A stretch of 64,000 nucleotides of DNA, taken from contig ML978128.1 of the NCBI GenBank assembly GCA_010015805.1, positions 1,798,001 to 1,862,000 of the forward strand, given 5' to 3'. Shown piece after piece: positions 1 through 13,787 of the stretch. Source of the stretch: Rhizodiscina lignyota (Eukaryota). The number at the start of each line of letters is the position of its first letter. Positions within the stretch are counted from its first letter, which is position 1. Position numbers and translations under genes: made by a program. Under the pieces are notes generated by a model, which was not told the DNA's origin, made no database searches, and worked only from the letters and a program-made list of their open reading frames with translations.

Positions 1-2
1 AG

Positions 3-3000
3 TTCCATGGTTTTTTCTTGCTACAGGAGAAGACTGAGAATGGCCGAACGAAAGGAGAGAACCTGGGAGCGTTTGTGGATCGCGATGTGGTCCGCAAAGC
101 AGCTGTAAGGAGTCGCACTATCATCGATATGTTCACGAAACGTGTCGCAGATGTTGGTCATTCGATCGCATCCATATCAGCAAATTATAAAGACCTGCGC
201 GAAGGGATTACACGAAGTCAAAGTCAGTATGGACCAGATGCGCAAGAAGAGCCCGGGAGGCTCATGAAGGAAATCAACGCTGTGGCCAAGAAGGTGGCTT
301 CGGACTATGACCATGTTGCGAGTCTGCCTGCAGTTCCAAAGTCGGTCACGTCTGCTTCGAAGCTTGCATTGCTGCATACTCGAAATTTCTTACCTGCGAT
401 CGCAGAGTACTCGATGGAGATGAACGACCTTGTGCGGCGCGCTGTAGACCAGAAGAACCTCGCAGTCAGCAATGCGCTTGAGCGCATGCGAGCCATTGCC
501 AGCATTGAATCAACTTTGTCTTCTGTACACGCAGATATCAACGCACTCGATGTTCCCGCCGATGATCTAGAAGCCTTCGAACAACTCTCCACTGTCTCTC
601 GATTACCTTTTGTATATGGCTCTCTTATGGTGGAGGCAGTTCGGCGTGGGGAATGGATCGAGAAAATGAAGTGTGACTCGTCTACTCTCGCGGAAGAAAT
701 TGCAGGCTATCAAGAGGAAGAACAGCGTAGGAGGAAGAAGTGGCTGAAAAATATGAGCGATGTGCTTCGGGTTGACACAATGGAGGGCAAAACCCTTGGC
801 GTTGAAATCAACCTCCTGGGAGAAGAGAATAGCTGGCCAGAGGTCTCCAGGGAAGAGCTTGAAGAGTACCTGAATGCGCTCGCGCAAGCTGGCGACTTGC
901 AACCAGTCATCGATAACCTTGCACAGGCGATCAAAGACATGGACAAGCCAACACGACAGCAGTTGAGACGAGCAAAGACTTTCAAGGCGGGAAGTGTGCA
1001 TGAAGCTGGTTTCGGCAGAGGTTCTCTGATGTTGCGAGGGGAGGACGAAATGAGAGTCTTCCGCGAAGCCAATGCAAGGCTGGAGGAAGAACTCAAAGGC
1101 CAGAAGAGCCGCGTTCGGAAATTAGAGGACCTTGTGCATCGGCAAAGCCATGTTGGTCGACTTTCTTTAGGTTCTGGCTTTACGCCTCAGGGCGAGAAGA
1201 GCCCGGAGCCGATGACTCCCGACCAGCCAATTGCTGCGGCAAGTCCGAGACTCGAGGAACAGCTGTCACGCCGTGGTTCGACTGCTTCGCGGAGACTTTC
1301 TGCGAATCAAATGTCGGAGGAAAAGGGGCTAGCAAGAAAACTAGTGAAGCTCGAGGCCGAGCTGTTGGCCGAGAGAGTTGCTAGGGCTGATCTTGAGAAA
1401 GAGGCTCTGTCAAGGCAAGAGGGGCATGAAGATGTTAAGCGTCAGATTGACGAGGCAATCTCGACGAAGAAAGACATCATGGAAAATATGGAAGCCCAAC
1501 AAAAGGAGTTTGCGATTGAGCGAAGATCGCTGGAAGAGGAGTTGAGCAGAGCCAAACAAAGAATTGAGGAGGCGGAAGATGAACTTGATAGAGTCCTTGG
1601 TAGTAGAGACCAAGAAAGGGCTGGTGCTGATGGAAGGCTACAAAGCCTGATAGGCGACTTGGACCAGTTCAGGAAAGAGTCTGCCGAGGAGCATCAGAAG
1701 GCCGAGGACCGTATCAAAGAGCTCGAGGATCAGATCAACAAGAAAGACCAAACAGACTATGAGAGAAAGGCACTGCTTGCTGATGTTTGGAATCAATTTT
1801 CAACTCAAGAGACGGCCCCTGAGGATCACTCGCAACTCATCTCCGGTCTTGAGGATCTCGCCCGCCGCTCAGTTGATCAACTGAGAGACCTCCAACGAGC
1901 AGTTGCTTTGGCCAAGTCCGAGAATGATACTCTCCAGACCACCATTGACGAGCAAAAGACAGAGATGACGTCCCTTACGTCTCAGATTTCTGAGCATGAG
2001 GAAGAGGGCCGCAAATTGCGCGATGAACTCAACGCTGAGAGATCGAGGGCTTCTTCCCTATCTGCCGAACTCAACGAGGATCGCCAACGCCTGAAAGAAC
2101 TGCAGGATACATTTACTGAAGGCGAAACCGGAAAAGAAGCTCTACGGATGCGCATGACAGAATCAGAGAATAGGGCCGTTCGCCTCTCAGCCCAACTGGC
2201 TGAAGCTCAATCACATGCGAACGGTCTCGACGTTGAGCTCTCTATTCTGCAGAAGAAGCATGACAAAATGCAAGGCACTGCTGACCTCCAAGCCGAGCGC
2301 TTACAGCAGCGGTCACAACGAGCTAAAGATCTGACTGAGAGGCTGTATACGCAAACTGATCGCTTGAGGAGGCTTTTGGAGACACTCGGTTTCGCAGTTA
2401 CGCACCAGGATGACACCATGATCATTCAGCGAGCATCCAAAGCCAATTCTAGCACCATCTTGAGTGATGCATCTATGTCACTTACGCGAAGCGTCTCCAC
2501 GCCTGCACCGGTGAAGCGTCTCTCAGAGGAACTCGATCTTAGCATATTACACTGGATGGAGAAAGATGACGTTGACGAGGAAAACAAGAAGTACACTGAT
2601 TACCTTGCCACCCTCGATAAATTTGACCTCGCACTATTCAGCGATGCGATCGCTAAGCGCATGCGCGACATCGAACACACAGCCCGGAAATGGCAGAAGG
2701 AGGCACGCTCGTACCGCGACAAGTCTCATCGAGCCGCGTCAGATGCACACGACAAGATTGCCTTTAGAGGATTCAAGGAAGGCGACTTGGCGCTGTTTCT
2801 GCCGACGAGGAATCAAGCCACGAGACCATGGGCGGCGTTCAATGTGGGCGCTCCGCATTACTTCTTACGCGAGCAGGAAGGCCACAAACTGCACAACAAG
2901 GAGTGGCTGGTCGCCAGGATTTCTAAGATTGAAGAACGAGTCGTGGATTTAAGCAAGACCATGGATGGGGCTAAGGCGCCTTCTGATGGTCGCTCTATCG

Positions 3001-3419
3001 GTGAGACAAGTGACGGTGTGAGCTTCGAGGATGACAATCCATTTGACTTGAGCGATGGACTGAGGTGGTACCTTCTTGATGCTGCTGAAGAGAAGACTGG
3101 TGCCCCTACTACGCTGGGCTTGGGTAGGCCGACGGTCGGGACTGCAAAGGTGGACGCAAGAGGCAGCATCCGCATCAACAAATCAAGGAGCGGCGACGAC
3201 GCGAGCAAGAACTTGAGCAGAAGCTTGGACAGCAGACGAAGCAGTACAAATAGCAAGAAAGGTGTACCCGCTCCAGGCGGCGCTGATGCGGCAACTGGAC
3301 CGAGTCATCTGCGCACTTCTAGCAACGCATCTAGTCTGCGACCAAAACCTGACGACAGCGCTGATGCAGCGAAGGACGATGCGGCCGAGGTTAGACACGA
3401 TCAGCTCTTCGGCCCGTGA
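3..3419 (+). CDS. ATG11: Autophagy scaffold Atg11 (5'-truncated by the window edge; an alternative spliced C-terminus extends to 3695)
   Basis: The frame is open from the window start. A long coiled coil is followed by the Atg11/FIP200 C-terminal (claw) region: KIAFRGFKEGDLALFLPTRN...WAAFNVGAPHYFL...WLVARISKIEERVVD...DDNPFDLSDGLRWYLLDA. Confidence 0.93.
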   Translation, partial: FHGFFLLQEKTENGRTKGENLGAFVDRDVVRKAAVRSRTIIDMFTKRVADVGHSIASISANYKDLREGITRSQSQYGPDAQEEPGRLMKEINAVAKKVASDYDHVASLPAVPKSVTSASKLALLHTRNFLPAIAEYSMEMNDLVRRAVDQKNLAVSNALERMRAIASIESTLSSVHADINALDVPADDLEAFEQLSTVSRLPFVYGSLMVEAVRRGEWIEKMKCDSSTLAEEIAGYQEEEQRRRKKWLKNMSDVLRVDTMEGKTLGVEINLLGEENSWPEVSREELEEYLNALAQAGDLQPVIDNLAQAIKDMDKPTRQQLRRAKTFKAGSVHEAGFGRGSLMLRGEDEMRVFREANARLEEELKGQKSRVRKLEDLVHRQSHVGRLSLGSGFTPQGEKSPEPMTPDQPIAAASPRLEEQLSRRGSTASRRLSANQMSEEKGLARKLVKLEAELLAERVARADLEKEALSRQEGHEDVKRQIDEAISTKKDIMENMEAQQKEFAIERRSLEEELSRAKQRIEEAEDELDRVLGSRDQERAGADGRLQSLIGDLDQFRKESAEEHQKAEDRIKELEDQINKKDQTDYERKALLADVWNQFSTQETAPEDHSQLISGLEDLARRSVDQLRDLQRAVALAKSENDTLQTTIDEQKTEMTSLTSQISEHEEEGRKLRDELNAERSRASSLSAELNEDRQRLKELQDTFTEGETGKEALRMRMTESENRAVRLSAQLAEAQSHANGLDVELSILQKKHDKMQGTADLQAERLQQRSQRAKDLTERLYTQTDRLRRLLETLGFAVTHQDDTMIIQRASKANSSTILSDASMSLTRSVSTPAPVKRLSEELDLSILHWMEKDDVDEENKKYTDYLATLDKFDLALFSDAIAKRMRDIEHTARKWQKEARSYRDKSHRAASDAHDKIAFRGFKEGDLALFLPTRNQATRPWAAFNVGAPHYFLREQEGHKLHNKEWLVARISKIEERVVDLSKTMDGAKAPSDGRSIGETSDGVSFEDDNPFDLSDGLRWYLLDAAEEKTGAPTTLGLGRPTVGTAKVDARGSIRINKSRSGDDASKNLSRSLDSRRSSTNSKKGVPAPGGADAATGPSHLRTSSNASSLRPKPDDSADAAKDDAAEVRHDQLFGP

Positions 3420-4497
3420 AAGGCGTCGGAAGCGATAGCGAAATGGAAGCGAGGCTGACTTGTATGTTAGAATAGCAATGGCATTGCAAGGCCCGCACTG
3501 TCGCCGATAAAAGCTATATCATCACCAGCAAAGAACTCAAGATCAACGTCTGTTGTACCCTCGCCGTCGAAATCTACCCGGAGCGCATCCGTGTCGCCGT
3601 CGAAGAAGAATGGGGAAGCTGCGGAGGGGAGAGGCGGGCTGTGGGATTCGCTTTGGAAGTTTGACGTTTCGCTGGAGAGTGGGAAGAGGAAGTGATTGCC
3701 TAGATACCCATAGATGATATCAGTGCGAAGGTTTTAAACTGTTTACCGGGCAGACCATCCCTGTAAGTCCACGTTCGTGAGCCTCTGAAGCTGAGTATGC
3801 GGATGGGATATGTGGGCAGCACCAAATCTCGGCCTCGCCCCATCTGCGTTTCATTTGGATTTTTCTTCTTCAAACTAGTTCGTGTGCGAGCAGGGAACGG
3901 CGTCATGGGAGCCAAATCAGCACCCCCGCGCAACATCAATCAGTCGCTGATAATTTCATCTCCGCCAACGACTGGCCCTACTGGGAGCGCAATATGAACA
4001 TCAAACCCACAGCATCTTACGCCGTGAATACCACAGGCAGCGTCAAACAGTTCCTCCAAACGCATCTCACCTTTATACAATACGGTACGCTTATTACAGA
4101 GTAGATGGGGATCTATCACTCGAAAACTCCAGTCTGGGTCGATACTGTTGGGAGAAAGTAGCTACAATGGAGGAACCAGAACGACCAATGTACACAAATG
4201 CGAATACCCACATAAACAATCGACAGGTACAAAGAAAAACTCCTAATCTCGCCGCTCATTTCCAGGCCCTGATCCGTGACTATGAAGAGTAACCTCCTTT
4301 TACCATGTACTGAGAAGATCTAGAAACACGAGTTGATTCTTTCCTGAAAGCGACTCGCGTCCAAGCGTTTGATAAACGCCGCCGCCAGTCTTGATGCATC
4401 TTAGCAGATGCAAATAATTCCAACCTACGACAACTGCCAAGAAAGTGCCTCGTCCACCATCCACCTTCATCGAAACGCAAGAACTCCCTTGGTGCTT

Positions 4498-5340
4498 TCA
4501 ACAGCAGTTCTTTCCCAATCCACCGGTCGCCCCTCCGTTCTGACCCTCTCCGATGCTAACTTGTCCACCACTAGGCGCTTGACTCGTCTGCGCCGTATCG
4601 ATAATCCTCTTCTTGATGTCCGCTGCCAGGCTGTAGAACGCTTTGTCCACATTGATATTGCTCTTTGCCGAGACCTCCAGGAATGGAATTCCCAGCTCGT
4701 CTGCCAGTTGCTGACCCCGCTCAGTTGAGACAGCACGCTTCTCTTCCCAGTCGCACTTGTTGCCAATGAGGATTTTGTTCACGCCTTCGGTGGCATGTTG
4801 CTCAACGTTTGAGAACCACGTTCGGATGTCTGTATGCGATCACATGCGTCAGCATCCCTGTTCACATTGCCATATTCCAAGTTTCCATCATTAGAGGTCG
4901 AAGCACCGGAATCACGTACTGTTGAAGCTTCTCTCGTCTGTAACATCGTATACCAGCAGGATACCCATTGCTCCCCTGTAGTATGCCGTTGTGATGGTCC
5001 GGAAACGTTCCTGTCCAGCCGTGTCCCAAATCTGCAGCTTTACGCGCTTGCCATCGAGCTCGATAGTTCGAATCTTAAAGTCGATGCCAATCGTCGTGAT
5101 GAAGGAAGGAGTGAACGAGTCTTCGCTGAAGCGCAGCAGGCAGCATGATTTGCCGACACCCGAGTCACCGATTAGGAGGAGTTTGATCTGTGTAGAGCAA
5201 GCAAGTCAGATGATTGCGGATAAATACCACGTAATATAGGCGATGAGAAAATGCGAATGCCAGGTTCGAAGGGTGTCCATGATATTGTTCAAGGTCAGGC
5301 AGCAACATACGAGGAAGTCATAATTTCTTGAGCCCGCCAT
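4498..5340 (-). CDS. SEC4: Rab GTPase Sec4/Rab8 (3 exons: 5340-5311, 5187-4920, 4829-4498)
   Basis: The spliced product starts [24 protein letters not shown] and contains [23 protein letters not shown] and a C-terminal GKNCC prenylation motif. Introns are GTATGT..CAG and GTACGT..CAG. Confidence 0.95.
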
Positions 5341-7224
5341 GATGGCCGGCAGCTGTGTGACGCCGTTCCAAGCTCTCCTCTCGCACTATAAGCGTTTGCC
5401 CAACGTGTCTCTACTTTCTACTGCTTGTCGCTGTCACTGTATTCCCGAGTACGTATTCGTGCGTAATGACCTCGTGGCGTGGAGCGCTTGCTTTGTCCGA
5501 TGGATGAAGTGACGTTTGTGAAGGAACCCGGAGGTGTGGCGGTGTGGTGGGTGTCTGAGACAAGTGTTCCAGAAACGGTCGGTTTGATATGAGGGTTATA
5601 ACGAGGCGCCTTTATAAGACGGATTGGGCTCCTGGACCTGGACTACGTCCAAGGCGATTGATGTTCGGTTTTGGTTTAGAAGTCGGCAGGGATCGAGCCG
5701 CGGCGGGACGCCAATCTCTGAGGTCACGGGGAAGAAGACGCGCGGAGCGCGGACGCGCGGTTGTTAGTGTCATAGTGAGGCGGAGCGGCGAAAGGAGTTG
5801 CCGCGCCTTCAACATCAGACGACGCGACGCGTGGATGAATTGGATTGTGAATTGGAACTCTGGAAGATATCGGGTAGAACTTTCTTCTTCACTTGCTCTA
5901 ATATATTGCTGGTTCTCTAATGGAAACGATTCATCGCCAACCGCAAATGTCCCAACGAGCCTATCAGCCACCCTTGAACAGGACCAGTTTCCTATCGCTG
6001 AGTATAGCTTTTGAGCGAAGCGCCTCATCTGAGGATGAATACATGGAAAAGGGCACTTTAAACTCATAATGTGCTTGGGAGTCGGATATTAGGTCATCTT
6101 CCAGTCCCAGCGTCTAAGCACTGTTGTTCCTCGCAACTTTCCATACCAAAAGCCCGCTACACTCGAGCCGTAAGGCCTGACCTTCCAAGCGAATCTTAAG
6201 TTGACACATAAGAGCAAGGATTAGAGATGCAATGAAGTTCGTGTTTCATTATATTCAATCTAGCTGATCCAGCCCGATAAAATGTGCAGGATGCTGTTCA
6301 TTGGGAGAGATTGACAGAAATGAGTGAACGAGCAATTGCAGACCATGTTGATCAGCCAATATGGTCCTGTCTCTTCATAGATCGACCTTGGGTGCAGTGG
6401 GTCACGTTAGGCAACTCACGTCATGCCTCCGGAATGAGGTGATCGAATGATGAATGCGAACGGATAGCTCGTAGGAGATGGGCCAGAGAAGTTTATCGGA
6501 TGCCACGCCTGCTATCTGAATGCTTTAGCGCGAGCTGGCGAGTGGAAATCCGTACTCTTTGCTGCATTGGACTTTGCTATAATTAAACTTGCACGGTCGC
6601 CTTCATATGCCACCTCCATTCCGATCAGAACATCCTCACCCGAACACTTGGAATCTATGTTGGAGCTTGCCGCTAAAGTGCACTATTCTCCACACGCTAG
6701 TGTTCGGACTCCGTGAAGTGGTGGCAAATTTGAAGAGCACGCGCCAATGTTAAACAAGCCGACGCTACACTCACGCTCACCCATCGGTGGCATAGCAACA
6801 ACACGCTCTCAAATTAAGCTTTCACGTCTTCACTGCATCCGCTTAAGGACTTCTGCCGTTGGTATAAGTGCTCCTCTACCCTGCACTTCTCTCAAATCTT
6901 TCCTTCTTCTACAACAACTTCCACTTAAACCTTAAACACCAAACTTCGAGGCTCATATTCTCACCAACAACTTCAACTTCGATTGTAAGTCAGGCTTTCT
7001 CTGCACGTAAATGGTGGCGATGATCACAAATGAGAAGAGTTGCCACGTTTCCTCTAAGCGCGTTTGAAGGGGTTTGGGCTCTCATTTTGGGCTCTAACCT
7101 TGCATCGAACCTCAACTTCCTTTCTTGCCTCACTCACCCTAACAGCTACACGCCTTTCCCTATCACTAACAGTTGTCAACATCGCAGGCACACTCAAGTT
7201 CTTCGCTACCACCAAGCAGTCACC

Positions 7225-9160
7225 ATGGCTTCTGGTCTTGGTGGTGATCGTGTCGTGCTCTTCGACGCAGATGAGATTGGCCCGGCCCCAGAACGTGGTG
7301 GCTATGATGATGAGATGGCCGATGCTGAAGACAATCTCGACGACACATATGGATCGGTAAGTGTGTTTGATCGATATAGCAATCAACGCATCAGCTAATA
7401 CTTTCAAGGGCTTTCTCGAGGACTCCTCCTTCCTGCATCCTGAGAGTCTTCTCGCTGGAAGCTTCGGACTAGATACGAATGCTGTCGACCTTCCCAGGGC
7501 GGGGCCCAAGAAGATGCGTGTTGTCGGCGGCCGCGTCGCCATTCCCAAGAGGATCACCGCGGACCTTGATTCTGACGATGAATTGCTCGTGAACATGAGG
7601 GAGGCTGGATGTACGGATCAAGTCATCGCTGAGACCTTGGCCAAGCAGGGCCGCATTCGCTACGACAAGAAGACTATCGCTTCTCGCTACATGCGCATCA
7701 AGGCGAAGATGTCTCTTCGCGAGGATCAGCGCCTGGAAGATGAGCTCACTGACTGGCACGAAGGCGAGGTATAACTACCCTGGTTATAGTATCGTTGACA
7801 CATCGCTGACGCCGTTGTAGGACGAGATGCTCCTTGCTGCTATCCGCCATGCTGACATGCTCATCGCTGACGAGTCCCGTAAGCTTAGGAAGCGTCGCTT
7901 CCAATACACTGCTAAGCATCTCTCTGAGCTGAAGCCGTCCACCAACTACTCTGCCAAGGCTTGCAAGAAGCGATATCGCGATATCATGAACGACCGTGCC
8001 AAGATCCCCCCCGAGCTTGACGACGAGCCGGAGAAGCGCGCCGACGAGAAGGCGGCCCGTATCCTCAAGCACCTCGAACGCCAGGCAAACGAGAAGAATG
8101 CCAACCTCGAGGCCCAGGAGCGCGCGAGGATCGACGACGAGCAGCAGAAGATGGCTCTCTATGAGAGGCAGCTTGCCATTTCTCACAGAAAGGAAGCCGA
8201 GGAAGAAGAGAGGCTTGCGCGCATTGAGGAGTCCTTGGAAAAGAAGAAGAAGAAGCTCGCTGAGAACAAGCGCAAGAAGACCGAACGTGAGATGAAGATG
8301 GCAAATCTCAACAAGGTGACTGCGAAGAGAGAGGCTGAGATGCAATATCAGCGCGAGGAGGGTCAGAAATTCAACGCTCAGGAAGCCGCAAAGGCTAAGG
8401 CCAAGGCCGACGAGGAACGTAGGAGACACATCGCTCGCATCGTTGCCGAGAAGACCGCCGCGAAGCGCCTTGGAGCTGAGGGCGGCACCGCAAGCCCTCG
8501 AGGCCGTGGTGGTCGTGGTCGTGGTCGTGGCCGTGGCCGCCGCGGTAGGCCTATCGGTACCGGTTCCACTCGCGCGACGCCTGCTCCGGGTGCGGCCAAG
8601 AACTACAAGAGCAGCGCGTACATCACGGTCTCCGACGATAACGACTCTGATAACGACCCTGATAACAACCCTGATAACAACCCTGATAACGACTCTGATA
8701 ACGGCTCTGATCCCGATCTTGCTGCCCTCATCGCCCAGACCAGGGAAGAATACGATGCCTTCGACATGGACGAGGATCAAGACGACATCAGCACTGGGGT
8801 CATGGCCGGCGTCAAGGGTACTCCAGATCCTGCGTCGTTTCTCCGCCGCAGCTCTAGCAAGGAGAATGCTGTGTCTGCCTCCTCGAGCAGCAGCGGAGCT
8901 TCTGCCGCTCATGGTATCGGTGAGTGAACCCCTCTCTTCACTGCCTCGAAGGAAACATCAACTATGCTTAGTATTGATGCTTCTCTCCCCATCCCTCGTC
9001 CCTGCGTCTACCTATTCACTTCTCGAATCCGTTCATAGCTAACGATATAAACACAGCCGAAACGTCTACCTCCGCCGTCCTCGAGCATGCTTCCGAGCAC
9101 GCCGATGAGGAAATGGGCGATGCTGTCGACGTCGGTGGCCATGGCGAGGCTGATCTTTGA
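7225..9160 (+). CDS. Hypothetical nuclear protein: Myb/SANT-like helical repeats, coiled coil, RG-rich/AT-hook-like segment and acidic tail
   Basis: Exons 7225-7356, 7409-7768, 7821-8919 and 9057-9160 join in frame through GT..AG introns, most with GCTAAY/GCTGAC branch points. Motifs: DSDDELLVNMREAGCTDQVIAETL...YDKKTIASRYMRIK, WHEGEDEMLLAA...YSAKACKKRY, and PRGRGGRGRGRGRGRRGRP. A probable 5'UTR intron starts at 6985 (GTAAGT). Confidence 0.8.
8637..8708 (+). repeat. 12-bp coding minisatellite, 6 units of GATAACRRCYCT (DNDS/DNDP/DNNP/DNGS)
   Basis: gataacgactct gataacgaccct gataacaaccct gataacaaccct gataacgactct gataacggctct. Confidence 0.9.
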
Positions 9161-10068
9161 GCTCCGAGCTCCACATACTTAACAGAGCCAGAATACTTTG
9201 CTACATCCTGTGGCACAACACTGTTCGCGCAGCGAAGGGGATTCCAGATTGCATCGGATTGATTTTAAGCCCTTCCCTGCTTTTTCTTTACTCTGATCCT
9301 GCTCTTGTTCAATCACTCGGTCAACTACAGTACACCTCCTCCTCCCCATGCATAGAAACTGCCCAAAAAGCCCCTGCACAATGCCTGTTTCCTAGCACGG
9401 ATTCCTTGGAAATTTCTCTCTTGGCGTGTTATAAACGTGCCCAATCCCTCAGAATGTCAAAATCAATGGTGTAACTGGGTTTCTTTTCTTACTCGGAGGT
9501 ATCTCGGAATCCATATTCTAGTTTACGACAGAAGTGAATCAAGAATTCGAGATATATAGCAATCTCCGAATACAAAAGTTCACAATAAACAAGAGACTCT
9601 CCGATATTAAATTGTGACATGTCTCCAAATAAAGTTTCAGCCTGACAGGGCTCGTGGCAGCGTCCACCACTCAGCTCACGAGCTTTTCGGCCGAGCGGCA
9701 GATGCTTAGCTTTCACCTCTGATTCTGTTTAGTATCATGATGGTCGAACTTAATATTCACTCTGAAGAGTAGGGGCGACTAGTTGAGGGTTCTGCGGAAG
9801 TATCAAGATCTGAACTGTCAGGGAGGCGTTATTAACGCTCTTCTGCTTACCGTCAGCAGGGTGCTAACCGTCAAAGAGATATCGCAGTGCACGGCATGAA
9901 GCCTTCAGATATTGTTGAATTCCACAGAAGAGCAAGGCCGATTAATTCAGATTTCCGCGGAACTATCAAGATGTCAACTGTCGAGAAGAGGTTTACACGC
10001 TCTCCTCCTGTGAACGTCAGCAGTACTGTTACCATCGCAGAGATCCAGCCGTGCAGGGCATTAAGCTT

Positions 10069-11020
10069 CCAAATATGGTCGAATTGCGGAGAAGAAGATC
10101 TTCGCTTTCATCGAGTCTTCTGAACTTCCGCTTCTGATGCTCTATTTAACAACAGCGTTAAATCGATGTCAAAGATCTTCGAATTGCTCGTCCCGTCCCG
10201 CCCCAGAAACTTCCGCGATATCCCACAGCGTCGGGCATCACAACACCTCCACAAGCCGGTCGAGCAGATCCCGTTGTTGATCGCAATGCATGTCCTGAAA
10301 CGTCCAGCCTGCTTCCCAACTCTCTCATTTCAGCTTCCTTTCTTCCAGATCTGTCATTGTTAGAATTTTGGTTCTGTCCAATAGAGACTCATGGAGCGCT
10401 ACTCTATGCCGGTCCCCGCATTTGTACTCCGCCCGCACTATTCCGAGAGCCGTACCAGCGCTGCCTTCATGGCTGTAGAAGATATTTTTGGGCGATATTC
10501 CATCGGTTTGGAGCATGTCAGATCTTAATTGGGATCTCGATAGAAACTATGGGTCTAATAGAGCCTCAAGGCTCACAAATCCTTCAGGACGTCTTATCAA
10601 CCTCCGGGGCCATTGTGACCACTTGGGAAACCGTTCACGACGTCACAAAACATTCGGCAATCCTTTCCAGCCAAATTGGACCTTGGTTAACAACAGGCTT
10701 TCCCCACAGTTTCCCCATGTGCAAGCAGACACACTAGCAACCCCGCTGGCGGAAGGCGTTCCGCCAGCTAGGCCACATATCGAATATCCGATATCTCTCG
10801 TTCTTAGGGTGGTCGTTGTGCTCCGGTGATCGGGTGAGTTCCGCTTTTATGGCATGTACCGGTACGACTTGGGCTACATTATACACTTGGCCGAACGCTG
10901 TGTTCTCGAGTAACGGTACCTTCGTCCCACTGTGCTCCCACACGCCCACTGGAGCATTCGGGCCGCGTTTGGCCTCGACGAGCCGTGGAGGGTAATCGGT
11001 CCACGTACCGTACATACTCC
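10069..11020 (-). pseudogene. Probable decayed gene of unknown family
   Basis: Consecutive protein-like minus-strand segments (MYGTWTDYPPRLVEAKRG..., WLERIAECF, MLQTDGISPKNIFYSHEG..., WEAGWTFQDMHCDQQRDLLDRLVEVF) are separated by in-frame stops and a frameshift, with intron-like CTAAC..CAG remnants. Confidence 0.4.
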
Positions 11021-11189
11021 TGTCCAGGATTTGTAAGTAGTGTAGGGCTCAAGCCCGGATGAAAGGACAAAAGGAGTCTGTTCGAGATCGTCCGAGCCCT
11101 ACAGACACGCGAATGGGGCAATTGCTGAAGGGCGGCAACTTGGGAGGAACTACTGAAGCGTAGATCTGTCTAAAGAGGGGCAAACATAA

Positions 11190-13328
<2,139 letters not shown>

Positions 13329-13787
13329 GCGTAGGTGGAAAGGACTCTCAATGTATATCTTTAAAATCAAAGTGAATGGGAATATATGATATTGAAGCAT
13401 GCTTTCTCATGCTGACGAGATGAAATCATTGAACCTCGAGCATGCTGCAACGTATCGGATGGGAGAGCGTCTCGAAAATTCGGCTGGCACCGGGTTTCGC
13501 GCGCCTGTCCACAGAACAGGTAGCGTAAAAATGTCGACGCTAAACAGGAGAAATGGATTTCTATTGGCTTATTAGAGGCGGATCCCTGTTGAATGTAGAC
13601 ATTTTGATAAGCGCCATAAGGATGGCATTGCGATGGCAAAAGGGTCGATGACGTTGTGAATGTCGCGTCGAAAGCTGTCCTGCCATCAACATCCCGCAAT
13701 CTTCTCTCAAATCCTTGGCCATGACCAGAAGACAGATAATGGGCATCTGGAGACCTCGATAGCGCCGAACCTTTGTCCTTTCGTACT

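Noticed and set aside
5589..6750. ORFs and CGCG-rich cluster upstream of SEC4
   Set aside because: This looks like ordinary promoter sequence, and the translations show no recognisable family.
7746..8912. 388-aa antisense ORF (and the 8443-9042 alternative frame)
   Set aside because: These are shadows of a GC-rich, codon-biased gene, and their VVIR/ITTL repeats are only the minisatellite read in other frames.
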